Shown here: positions 55,615 to 64,000 of the stretch, in pieces | Layout of the letters: the number at the start of each line of letters is the position of its first letter | How positions within the stretch are numbered: position 1 is the stretch's first letter | From: Clostridia bacterium | Lineage (GTDB): Bacteria; Bacillota; Clostridia; Christensenellales; UBA1242 | Direction of reading: 5' to 3' | Assembly: GCA_045597505.1 (NCBI GenBank) | Contig: JAZLKE010000034.1 | Coordinates: 11,288 to 75,287, forward strand | Length of the DNA stretch: 64,000 bases | Notes under the pieces: generated by a model | What the model was told of the DNA's origin: nothing | The model's database searches: none | What the model saw: only the letters and a program-made list of their open reading frames with translations | Translations under genes and position numbers: made by a program

Positions 55615-56091
55615 ATGGCAACAAAAAACACAAAGAAAAATAAACTTACAGTCCGCTTGGCAGATGCCAAAACGCTGTCACTTTTTAATGAACTTTTAGC
55701 AACCAAGGCTTTCCAAAGTCAAAATGTTCTGGCCAACAAAATCATTGATTTTGCAATTAAAGATTTTGCTACAATTTACTTGCCGGGGTACAAGCAAACA
55801 AAACAACCAGCAGCTTCGGCGCAACTCGATGCCAAGGCGGAAAGAATGTTAAAACAAATTAAAGCTACCGTTGAAGATACTCATGTGATGTACATGGTGA
55901 TTGAGCGTATGGTGGCCACTCTTTACAACACCAAAGCAGCTGAACTGAATGGTGAAAAAGTTTCACCGGAAGAATTTGGTACGGGTATGATGACCGATTT
56001 ACCACCCGAATTCCAAGATATGGAACAGGGAGTTATCCAAGGACGCGTAAGACGTTCGGTGGAAGACGACAAGGGGGTGGACGATGAGTAA
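55615..56091 (+). CDS. Putative relaxosome accessory protein with an N-terminal RHH-like fold
   Basis: KLTVRLADAKTLSLFNELL...NVLANKIIDFAIKDF strand-helix-helix pattern. It is translationally coupled to the relaxase (8-nt overlap). Confidence 0.5.
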   Translation: MATKNTKKNKLTVRLADAKTLSLFNELLATKAFQSQNVLANKIIDFAIKDFATIYLPGYKQTKQPAASAQLDAKAERMLKQIKATVEDTHVMYMVIERMVATLYNTKAAELNGEKVSPEEFGTGMMTDLPPEFQDMEQGVIQGRVRRSVEDDKGVDDE

Positions 56092-57298
56092 CAATGTATT
56101 GTTTCAAATTAAGTATTCCGCCAAAAATCCACCGCGTAATTTACCGACTGCAAAAAAGCTTGAATACGCCCAAGAGCGACAATTCTTCGATTGGACCGCA
56201 CCGTACAACTACATTTCGTACACGTTGAACGAGAAAAAAGTGGAGAAGTACAAGGACTTCCAGAGTTATGCCAGCCGTCAAGGCAACCTTGGATTGTTTT
56301 GCGGTGACAAGGTTTACACCGAAGAAGATTTGGCCGAAATCAAGGAACAACTGAAAAACACTGGCAGCCATATCTGGCACGGCTTCATTAGTTTTGATGA
56401 AGAAACAAGCCCGAAGTTCCAGGTCCAAGAACAAGCAATGCACTTTTTGAAACAGCACTTTACTGATTTCATTAACCGTACACATCTTAACGCCGACAAT
56501 ATTTGTGTGGTGGCTTCGTTGCACCGGGATACATTGCACCGTCATATCCACTTTTCATTTTTTGAGAAGGAACCAACGCACGTGGACAAAAACGGTAAAG
56601 TTGGCTATACAACCAAGGGCAACTTCAAACAATCCGTGATTGATAACTGGCTTGTGTCGGCCAATATGGCAGTGGCCGGCAATGATAATTATTACAGCAG
56701 CCGTAATGCTGTGATTTCGAAACTAAAAGAAATGAAAGGGGATATTACGGACCAAGAGATGCAATTAAAATTGTTATCTTTGGCAAAGAAATTTCCCAAG
56801 GAAGGCCGTTGGTCATACAACAGTGAGAACATGGCCGAATTGCGTCCGGAGATTGACAAGCTGGCCACTTTTATCTTGTGTTCTCAACCAGAAGTAAAAA
56901 AACTACACCGAGATTTTTTGCGCGCACTTGCTGAACGTAACAAGAAAGTTGAAGGAATTAAGAACGACAATAAAATTCGTAGCCAGGTTGATTATGTGAA
57001 AAACTTACGCAAGGACTACAAAGCCCGTGTGGGTAATTTAGTAATTGACTTGGCCAAGGAAATGCGCAAGCAATACAAGCCAGCATATTACAAGGAAAGC
57101 AGCAAGCAAAAAAAATACGAAGCCAGGGATATGCGCCGACATGCGGCCAAGGTTTACCGACAAGCTACTGCCACAAGTGCTTTGTTAAAAATGCTGGGCA
57201 ACGTGCAGAAAGGTGTACAAGCTGAATTTACCGATACCGTTAAAGATGTTGAGTACATGATGATGCAAGAAATGATGATGCAGGGGGCTAGCGCATGA
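56084..57298 (+). CDS. Putative conjugative relaxase (MobL/MOBP-like) with a histidine-triad motif
   Basis: YISYTLNEKKVE...GNLGLFCGD N-terminal pattern and SLHRDTLHRHIHFSF (HxDxxxHxH). It sits between the accessory protein and the T4CP. Confidence 0.6.
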   Translation: MSNNVLFQIKYSAKNPPRNLPTAKKLEYAQERQFFDWTAPYNYISYTLNEKKVEKYKDFQSYASRQGNLGLFCGDKVYTEEDLAEIKEQLKNTGSHIWHGFISFDEETSPKFQVQEQAMHFLKQHFTDFINRTHLNADNICVVASLHRDTLHRHIHFSFFEKEPTHVDKNGKVGYTTKGNFKQSVIDNWLVSANMAVAGNDNYYSSRNAVISKLKEMKGDITDQEMQLKLLSLAKKFPKEGRWSYNSENMAELRPEIDKLATFILCSQPEVKKLHRDFLRALAERNKKVEGIKNDNKIRSQVDYVKNLRKDYKARVGNLVIDLAKEMRKQYKPAYYKESSKQKKYEARDMRRHAAKVYRQATATSALLKMLGNVQKGVQAEFTDTVKDVEYMMMQEMMMQGASA

Positions 57299-59496
57299 AA
57301 TCGAAGAAGCACATCATTTTAATCGTTAGTTTCTTGGCCGTAAGTGCCATTGTGCTTTTGCTCACAATGGTAGTAATCGCTTCGCTTGTTTCGAAACGCT
57401 TTGTCTTTAACGGCCAAATTGTTTTGGGCTGGTTCGCAATCATACTAGCAGGCGTTGGATTGTGGTGGGTGAACAAGAAGTCCAACATTGGCAAGCAAGC
57501 AATGAAGGAAAACAAGGATTTGGAAGACACACATTTCCTAACGCCACACGAAATTAAAAACAATGCCGGTTTAACGGTGACCAAGTTCACTAACTTGGGT
57601 GTAGTGGTGGACGGAGTACCGGTTGCGGCCAAAGTGAACAAACAAGAAACTGATGCCGAAGTCATTTTGGCCAAACCGATCCACACACTTGTAATTGGTA
57701 CAACCGGCTCTGGTAAAACGACCACTTTTGTTAGTCCTACGATTGAAATCTTATCCAGGACAAAAACCAAACCAAGTTTGGTCATTACAGACCCGAAAGG
57801 GGAGTTGTACACTTTGCACGCTGATACTTTGAAGAAACAGGGCTACAACGTGCAAGTGCTGAATTTGAGCGAAGTATATAATTCGGCCCGCTGGAATCCG
57901 TTTAGCGGTATTCTGGCTAAGCAAGCGAAAATTGATGCGGCCAGCTACGATGAAATAGTGAAAGAATTGAACAAGTACCATGTACTTGGCAAGGTTTTTG
58001 ACACAAGGGAAGCCGCAAAACATGAAGTGCGAAAGGTTCGTCAAACTTTGATTGATGAAATCTATGCTGATATGGCCGATATTATCTATACGATGTGTCC
58101 GGTGGAGAACCAGCACGACAGCACGTGGCAAAAGGGTGCTAGAGATTTAGTCTTTGCTGTTGCACTAGCTTTATGGGAAGACGTGCGTGACCACAAGATT
58201 AAACCGGAACAGTTAAGCTTGTTTAACATCTACAAAATTTTGACCGAACACGCAAACGACAATCCAACTGATTTGATTGAATACTTGGAAAACCGTGATA
58301 AATTTTCCAAGGTTTGGGGTCTGGCCAAAACTGTGTTGGTTACCACTGATAAAACATTGACCAGTTACCTAGGTGATGTTAGTCAATACATTTCGTTCCT
58401 GAATGACCGCGGAATACAGAGTTTAACGGCCGGCAACGATATTGACTTTACTCATTTCGATGAAGAACCGAATGTGTTGTTTATTAAAATACCTGATTCC
58501 AAAGACAACCGTCACAAGTTAGTGTCTTTGTTATTAGTGCAGATGTATAAGGGGCTTGTTGATAAAGCCGGGGATAACCAACGCAGCGGTCGTACTAAAA
58601 CCGAAGAGTTGTTGCGTACAACCTACTTCATCTTAGATGAGTTTGGTAACCTACCAAAGTTAAACAAGATTGACAGTATTATTACTGTGGGTCGCAGTCG
58701 TAAAATTTTTATGATACCGATTATCCAGAACTTCAAGCAGCTCGATAACAAGTATGGTAAAGATACGGCCGAAATCGTTAAATCGAACTGCAATATTAAA
58801 ATTTTCATCCAGGCTGGTGATGCTGCAACCACGGAAGAGTTTTCTAAACTTTGTGGCAAGCACAAAATTGTTAAGAAATCATTTAGTGAGAACAAGGACA
58901 CTAGCGTTTCGGCCAGTGTGGAAGAACGACCGTTGATTACACCGCACGAATTGCAAAACTTAAACGATGCAAGCGCTGGTCGTATGGGCAATGCCGTTGT
59001 CTTGGCGCTGGGTAAAAATCCGTTGAAAGCAGTTTTCACACCGTGCTTCAAGGCAAAAAGTTTGTATCCGCTAGTGGAATCTGCCTTGGCCGATGTGGAA
59101 CAAGAAGAGTTTAACGAGCGAGAGTTATATGTTGATATAACTAAAATCGAAGGTACGAAGCCGGAAGAAAAAACACAAGAAGAACAAGCAGCTGATAAAC
59201 CGGACGAATGGGCCGAACAGAAAGAAACCAAAGTAGATGATGAAAAGGACGAACTATATAAAAAGTTAGAAAAAAAGTTAGTTTCGTTGAAACTTGCATT
59301 GAAACCATTTTTGACTGCAAAAGAATTTGAGTCGTTGATGAACAGCGATATGATTGAAGTTTTTGATGTACTTGAAACTTTGATTGAAAAATTACAGAAG
59401 AAAGATGTTGTGGCCGCTGCAATGGCGATTGAACTGAAAAGTTTTGTCCAGCACAAGATGTTGACTTATGCCGATGTTGACCAGAACACAGCGTGA
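57295..59496 (+). CDS. Type IV secretion coupling protein (VirD4/TraG family)
   Basis: Two N-terminal TM helices, Walker A GTTGSGKTT, Walker B FILDEFGNL, and an acidic C-terminal tail. Confidence 0.88.
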   Translation: MKSKKHIILIVSFLAVSAIVLLLTMVVIASLVSKRFVFNGQIVLGWFAIILAGVGLWWVNKKSNIGKQAMKENKDLEDTHFLTPHEIKNNAGLTVTKFTNLGVVVDGVPVAAKVNKQETDAEVILAKPIHTLVIGTTGSGKTTTFVSPTIEILSRTKTKPSLVITDPKGELYTLHADTLKKQGYNVQVLNLSEVYNSARWNPFSGILAKQAKIDAASYDEIVKELNKYHVLGKVFDTREAAKHEVRKVRQTLIDEIYADMADIIYTMCPVENQHDSTWQKGARDLVFAVALALWEDVRDHKIKPEQLSLFNIYKILTEHANDNPTDLIEYLENRDKFSKVWGLAKTVLVTTDKTLTSYLGDVSQYISFLNDRGIQSLTAGNDIDFTHFDEEPNVLFIKIPDSKDNRHKLVSLLLVQMYKGLVDKAGDNQRSGRTKTEELLRTTYFILDEFGNLPKLNKIDSIITVGRSRKIFMIPIIQNFKQLDNKYGKDTAEIVKSNCNIKIFIQAGDAATTEEFSKLCGKHKIVKKSFSENKDTSVSASVEERPLITPHELQNLNDASAGRMGNAVVLALGKNPLKAVFTPCFKAKSLYPLVESALADVEQEEFNERELYVDITKIEGTKPEEKTQEEQAADKPDEWAEQKETKVDDEKDELYKKLEKKLVSLKLALKPFLTAKEFESLMNSDMIEVFDVLETLIEKLQKKDVVAAAMAIELKSFVQHKMLTYADVDQNTA

Positions 59497-59498
59497 GA

Positions 59499-59520
59499 TT
59501 TGTATAGACATCTATACAAA
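59499..59520. repeat. 22-bp palindrome TTTGTATAG-ACAT-CTATACAAA (copy 1 of the GTATAGACATCTATACA core)
   Basis: The 9-bp arms were verified. It is followed by an A-run rather than a T-run, so it is not a canonical terminator. Confidence 0.85.
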
Positions 59521-59542
59521 AAAACAAAAAAAAGGAGAAAAA

Positions 59543-59761
59543 ATGACATTAAAAAAAGAATTGTTAATTATTTGTGGAAGTTATTTGTTGATAAATATTG
59601 TATTTCTTGCCGTTTGTTTAGCTATAAAGGCTTACGTAGTGATTGAATATGCCTATTGGGGAACATTGATTGTTGGGATTGAAGCTTCAATTATTGGAAT
59701 TGTTTATTGCATTATCAAGGGGGTTGCGGAAGCAAAGAAAAACAAAGGAGAACAAAAATGA
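59543..59761 (+). CDS. Small two-TM membrane protein (72 aa)
   Basis: AAAGGAGAAAAA SD, MTLKKELLIICGSYLLINIVFLAVCL..., ATGA overlap with parA. Confidence 0.55.
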   Translation: MTLKKELLIICGSYLLINIVFLAVCLAIKAYVVIEYAYWGTLIVGIEASIIGIVYCIIKGVAEAKKNKGEQK

Positions 59762-60537
59762 AAGTTATAGCGATAGTAAATCAAAAAGGTGGAGTTGGAA
59801 AAACCACAACGGCAGTTAATTTGTCGTGCGGTCTGGCTAAAAAAGGATACCGAGTACTAGCTATTGACCTAGACCAACAAGGTCACTTGACAAAAAGCCT
59901 TGGTATTGATGTCAAGGAAATGGGTATTGTTAATACTGCATCTAAATGGTTGATGAATAGTTTGCCATTGGACGATGTTATTGTAACCGTGCATGGTATT
60001 GATGTTGTACCAGCTGATATTACTTTGGCCAGTTTGGAATTAAAACTGCAACAAGAGTTAATAGACAGGGAATATACACTTGGCAAAGAAATTTCAAAAG
60101 TTGCTGACCGTTATGATTATGTAATTGTCGACAGTTCGCCAAGTTTTAATATCATTACGATAAATATATTAACAGCGGCTGACCGTGTAATTCTTCCACT
60201 GTGTCCGGATTTTCTAAGTAAAGACGGTGGTTACAAACTTTTGGAATCTATTGAGCAAATCCAGAAACGCATAAATCCAAAGTTAAAACTTACCGGATTT
60301 TTACCAACATTGGTTGATAAGCGTTGTAACAATGCAGCATCGTTCGCAGAAGCTGAACAACTTACCAAACAGTATGGTGGAGTAGTGTTTGGTGAAGGTA
60401 TTCGTTTAGCTAGTGTTTTACGCAAGGCGCCCGAACATGGAATGAGTATCTTCGATTATGATCCAAATTCGGCCGCAGCTAAGGACTACCAAGCATTTGT
60501 TGATAAATTTGTGGAAATCGAAGGAGAAGAGAGATGA
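59758..60537 (+). CDS. parA: ParA/Soj-type partition ATPase
   Basis: MKVIAIVNQKGGVGKTTT deviant Walker A and the VIVDSSPS motif. Confidence 0.9.
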   Translation: MKVIAIVNQKGGVGKTTTAVNLSCGLAKKGYRVLAIDLDQQGHLTKSLGIDVKEMGIVNTASKWLMNSLPLDDVIVTVHGIDVVPADITLASLELKLQQELIDREYTLGKEISKVADRYDYVIVDSSPSFNIITINILTAADRVILPLCPDFLSKDGGYKLLESIEQIQKRINPKLKLTGFLPTLVDKRCNNAASFAEAEQLTKQYGGVVFGEGIRLASVLRKAPEHGMSIFDYDPNSAAAKDYQAFVDKFVEIEGEER

Positions 60538-60911
60538 CAACACAAGGAAAATTAGTTGGTTCAGTGTTAGATGATTTACTGGCGGTAAATAAACCGATTT
60601 TAGCCAAACAAGAAAAAACAATCTTGCTGAGTTTGCGTATGAGTACCGGGTTAAAAGCTGCTTTCAAAAAGTATTGTTTTTTGCACGACAAAGATATGAC
60701 TAAAATTCTTGTTGATTTTATCTTTGACCAACTGCAAGATTTTGAAAAACTCGAAAAGATTGAAAACAAATATGCCGGCAGCACCACGCCGTGGAATTTT
60801 CGTATTCCAGAGAAAATTCGTGATGATTTTCACCGCACGTGCAAAGAACACGGGACTGATGCTACTACGCAACTCACGCAATTTATTTTAAGGACGGTGG
60901 AAAATGCGTAA
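60534..60911 (+). CDS. Putative centromere-binding/regulatory protein with two tandem ribbon-helix-helix-like units
   Basis: TILLSLRMSTGLKAAFKKYCFLHDKDMTKILVDFIFDQL and WNFRIPEKIRDDFHRTCKEHGTDATTQLTQFILRTV. ATGA overlap with parA. Confidence 0.55.
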   Translation: MTTQGKLVGSVLDDLLAVNKPILAKQEKTILLSLRMSTGLKAAFKKYCFLHDKDMTKILVDFIFDQLQDFEKLEKIENKYAGSTTPWNFRIPEKIRDDFHRTCKEHGTDATTQLTQFILRTVENA

Positions 60912-63900
60912 GCGTATAGACATCTATACAGTTTTATTAGTTGCCGTGCTGGCTATTGTGTCCGGTCTATTTTCTCTTGTGTTTTCTAACCAAAATACAA
61001 CAAATAGTGCCGATGAAAATACAATGACCACAACACTGCAACCAGCAGCAATTAATGGTGGTGGAATTTATAATTTCGATAGTGGTAGTAGTAATAATCC
61101 TAATAGTATTTGGTTTATTCAAGTTCAAGGTACTGGTAGTGGTTGGCAAGAGTGTACAGTCACTAATGGTATAAATCTTTCTATATCACAAGCAACTATA
61201 CGTTTTTCGTGGGGTGCAAAACCATATAGCAATAGGGGTGACCGATTTTTACGTACAAAAAAAGGAACATGGGAAATTTCTTGTAATGGGCAAAAAGTCG
61301 CTAGTGGTACAGGTGTTCCAGGTGTGAGTGATACTGGAAAAGAAGGAAAACAGACAGGCGATTGGTATACTGGATATTTATCAGAAGGTAATTACACTGT
61401 TAAGGCCGATTTAATTATGAACAACTGGATTGGCCATGAATGGGGAGAAAGTACATCAATCAATTTCATTGTCGACCGAACTGCACGCAGAATTATCGTC
61501 ACCAAGGTGGAAAGTAATAATAGTAATAATACAGTGGCACGGAATGGGATTACAAACACAGCCGTGAAGGCTAGCAATAATGAATCTGGTACAATGCAAT
61601 ATAGTCGAACTAACTTGAATGGAAGTAAACCAACCAGTGCTACCACTAGCTATACTGCTGGACAAGAACTTTCGGCCGAAGGACATTATTGTTTTACGGC
61701 TACAGATAGTGCTGGAAATACCAGTGCAATTTATAGTTTGACGATTGATAAAACGAAACCACAAAACAATTTTGGATATACTGTAAACGCAGGTAAAGCA
61801 TATACCAACGATGATATTCATTACATGCCGACTGATAATTATTTGATGAAGGATGTGGCTGTTAAGTATAAAAATGGCCAGTGGGCGCATTCGGCTGCCG
61901 AAGCAGCCAGTTATGGCTATAACGTAATCTTTAATGATAAACAAATCACAGTGCCGAAAGAAAGTGGTAATGGTGAATGGTATTTCCAAGCCGAAGATAT
62001 GGCAGGAAACAAAAGTGATGAATATTGTGTTGTATTAAGTTATTTGGATACCTTTGGTAACCAAGAGCAAATCCGCAATAGTTACATAAGTAACTACTGG
62101 TACAATATCGCGTTGCCGGCCAATATTTATGGCGATGAAGCTGGAATCTATTCTGCTTCGAGTTACGAAACAGCTTTGGCTTTTGCTACACAAAAGGAAT
62201 GGGATTTTCGTATAACACCGACGCCAAACGGCTGGCGTTATGTCAATTCGAGTAATGGTAACTTGTCGCAGGAGTATACGGATAGGGCAGAACTTGATGC
62301 AGTAGTCGATAAATACGCCAAGTCGTATATTAAAGACCGAGTTGTGGCCAAGAATGGTACTAATAATTTTGATAAAATTATTAACGATGAACTTTATTTG
62401 GATAAGACGGCGTTAGTACGACAATGGATAGCGAAGCCAGATTTTCTGCCAGATGACGATTTGCCAATCTATATGATGCGTAAAGATTTCAAATTTGTTG
62501 ACCCCAAATTTCCTTCTCAAACCTATGTTAAGATGCAAATGATTGCCAACGACTTAGGTTTAGTATCCAGGGCAGAAGTAAATTTAGCGTATGATGTAAA
62601 AGTTGAAAACCAAGTTTTAACTACTGGTAATAATAGCCAAGGATATTATTTAGTTACTGAATGGGATAATGCTGGAAATAGTGAACAGTACTATGTTTAT
62701 ATTGATTTGTCGGCACCAACCTTAACGGTTGATGTAGTTTATGGTAATAACACAACAGAAAATATTACTTTTGATGAGAGTAAAATTGAAGAGTTGGCGG
62801 GTACGTTCCGTTATTTATCGCTGGATATGCAGCAGATTGCCGATAGTATTGATCGCTTTGTTACAATGAAGATTAACGGTCGCAAACTATCTGATGCAGT
62901 TTATATCCAGGGCGATGAATTGCCAATTCTTGATGGAGTGGAATACTATGGCAATTATACGATTGAACTCTATGACCGCAGTGGTAACACACTGACTTTT
63001 GTTATTACGATTGCTGGCGAAGCACCAAAGATGACACACAGTTCATTGAACAGTGATACCAGCTGTCGTTTAACTTTGGAAGTTCCAGATTATAACGACA
63101 CAATAGAAGAATTAAAATTGTTCTTCATTACTTACGAAGGCGTATATGTCGAACTAACCGAAGACCATAAGGAAGTTCTGGTTACGCCAGGCACGTTGCA
63201 ATATACTTTAACAACTGGCGGTAAATATACAATGTGGTACCGGGATTTATTTGGCCGCGAAACATATTGCACGCCAGTGTTCTATTTGAAAGGTTTACCA
63301 ACGGCCACATTGTCCGGCGTTACCGACGGTGGAATCACTAACCGAAATGTGTCGTTGAAATATAGTGAAGGTAATTCGTTAATCTTGTACCGCGTGGAAA
63401 ATGGCACTAAAACGGAAGTTCCACTTGACGGCACAATTTATACTCAAACCTACGATGAAACCAGCCATAGATACACGGCCATGCTTATGGCCAACGAAGA
63501 CACTACGGCTTCGTACGAGTTTTTCCTATACAAAGGGGACGACAGGAATTTATTCGTTGAATACACGTTTTCGATTGACTGCATTATTGCACCAATTTAC
63601 ATCTACGACAATAATGGTAATGCAATAGCCAAAAATGCTTTTTCCAATAAACCATTTCAAGTTTATTGGAATGAAACGGTAACCTTGCGCTATTATACCG
63701 ACAAAACACCGGGTGGAGAAACCGGTGCAGTGCGCTATACAATGGGAACATTGCTGTCGGCGGACGGTACCTATTACTTTACACTGAAAGATAGTGTTGG
63801 CAACCAAGAAAATTTTACAATTTTGCTTGATACGGTTGTTTCCTATGAACTAGGTGGAGAATATGTGAGACTTGGCGAACATGAATACATTGCCAAAGAT

Positions 63901-64000
63901 GATATACAGTTTTCAATAACGGAATCCACAAGTGTGTTAAGTTTTACCAGCATTCCAGATGTGGTGAATGGTGGCTATATCATTTTGGAAGGTGTGTATA
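60904..64000 (+). CDS. Large membrane-anchored surface protein with repeated Ig-like modules; 3' end beyond the window (>1032 codons)
   Basis: I translated every 60-nt line from 60904 to 64000 in this frame and found no stop. N-terminus MRKRIDIYTVLLVAVLAIVSGLFSLVF (TM anchor). Recurrent module ends include TATDSAGNTSAIYSLTIDKTKP, AEDMAGNKSDEY, EWDNAGNSEQYYVYIDLSAPT, LYDRSGNTLTFVITI and LKDSVGNQENFTILLDT. It is not in the ORF track, probably because it has no stop within the window. Confidence 0.85.
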   Translation, partial: MRKRIDIYTVLLVAVLAIVSGLFSLVFSNQNTTNSADENTMTTTLQPAAINGGGIYNFDSGSSNNPNSIWFIQVQGTGSGWQECTVTNGINLSISQATIRFSWGAKPYSNRGDRFLRTKKGTWEISCNGQKVASGTGVPGVSDTGKEGKQTGDWYTGYLSEGNYTVKADLIMNNWIGHEWGESTSINFIVDRTARRIIVTKVESNNSNNTVARNGITNTAVKASNNESGTMQYSRTNLNGSKPTSATTSYTAGQELSAEGHYCFTATDSAGNTSAIYSLTIDKTKPQNNFGYTVNAGKAYTNDDIHYMPTDNYLMKDVAVKYKNGQWAHSAAEAASYGYNVIFNDKQITVPKESGNGEWYFQAEDMAGNKSDEYCVVLSYLDTFGNQEQIRNSYISNYWYNIALPANIYGDEAGIYSASSYETALAFATQKEWDFRITPTPNGWRYVNSSNGNLSQEYTDRAELDAVVDKYAKSYIKDRVVAKNGTNNFDKIINDELYLDKTALVRQWIAKPDFLPDDDLPIYMMRKDFKFVDPKFPSQTYVKMQMIANDLGLVSRAEVNLAYDVKVENQVLTTGNNSQGYYLVTEWDNAGNSEQYYVYIDLSAPTLTVDVVYGNNTTENITFDESKIEELAGTFRYLSLDMQQIADSIDRFVTMKINGRKLSDAVYIQGDELPILDGVEYYGNYTIELYDRSGNTLTFVITIAGEAPKMTHSSLNSDTSCRLTLEVPDYNDTIEELKLFFITYEGVYVELTEDHKEVLVTPGTLQYTLTTGGKYTMWYRDLFGRETYCTPVFYLKGLPTATLSGVTDGGITNRNVSLKYSEGNSLILYRVENGTKTEVPLDGTIYTQTYDETSHRYTAMLMANEDTTASYEFFLYKGDDRNLFVEYTFSIDCIIAPIYIYDNNGNAIAKNAFSNKPFQVYWNETVTLRYYTDKTPGGETGAVRYTMGTLLSADGTYYFTLKDSVGNQENFTILLDTVVSYELGGEYVRLGEHEYIAKDDIQFSITESTSVLSFTSIPDVVNGGYIILEGVY
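60914..60929. repeat. 16-bp palindrome GTATAGACATCTATAC (copy 2), inside codons 4-9 of the large ORF
   Basis: The 17-nt core is identical to 59502-59518 (60914-60930). Confidence 0.85.

Larger units (their letters stand above)
50842..64000. mobile_element. Left part of a conjugative or mobilisable plasmid-like/ICE-like element; the right end lies beyond the window
   Basis: The block contains an RHH regulator, a wHTH Rep-like gene, ssb and an ArdC/primase fusion. It also has an oriT-like inverted-repeat region, an RHH accessory protein, a relaxase, a VirD4-type T4CP, ParA/RHH and a large surface protein. It begins just after the rpsO terminator. No integrase is seen in the visible part. Confidence 0.7.

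Noticed and set aside
59499-59520. The palindrome after the T4CP gene as a simple rho-independent terminator
   Set aside because: The hairpin is followed by an A-run rather than a T-run on the plus strand, and on the minus strand the T-run precedes the stem. The same core recurs inside a coding region at 60914. A protein-binding site fits better.

Overview
AT-rich, tightly packed, mostly plus-strand bacterial chromosome segment using the standard genetic code. The gene content looks like a reduced Firmicutes/Clostridia-type genome. Core genes from 1 to about 50.8 kb are: rpsF-ssb-rpsR, murC, rpmE-prmC-prfA, nrdR, a PSP1/YaaT-like gene, thrS, rimM-trmD, rbgA, yraN, tmk-holB, spmA/B-like genes, rpoB-rpoC, rnr, ileS, greA, tatD, rsmA, PBP1A, mutS-mutL, a P-type ATPase, ftsZ and rpsO. 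There are also two tRNAs (anticodon CAU and Phe). Oddities in the core part are a 1213-aa orphan membrane protein between tRNA-Phe and rpoB, an ABC-transporter deletion remnant, a protein combining an Rx4H (HEPN-like) motif with a CBS pair next to rnr, and a stand-alone Spo0A_C-like protein. A further oddity is a recurrent promoter layout in which an extended -10 box sits 5-10 nt from the start codon with no Shine-Dalgarno, suggesting many leaderless mRNAs. From about 50.84 kb to the window end the sequence is accessory and plasmid/ICE-like, and it starts right after the rpsO terminator, where pnp normally follows. It carries small ORFs (two under 60 aa and missing from the ORF track), a wHTH Rep-like pair and a 324-bp GC-rich repeat region. 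These are followed by a tail-less SSB, an ArdC-metallopeptidase/primase fusion, an oriT-like inverted-repeat region and an RHH accessory protein. Then come a relaxase, a VirD4-type coupling protein and a ParA/tandem-RHH partition cassette flanked by two copies of the same palindrome. A >1032-codon ORF, also absent from the ORF track, runs off the window end. No CRISPR array, rRNA, transposase, integrase or recognisable defence system is visible. The best candidates for something new are the leading-region-like block next to the putative oriT, with its shared GC-rich motifs, and the large untracked surface protein. All functional calls rest on motif recognition by eye; no database search was run.
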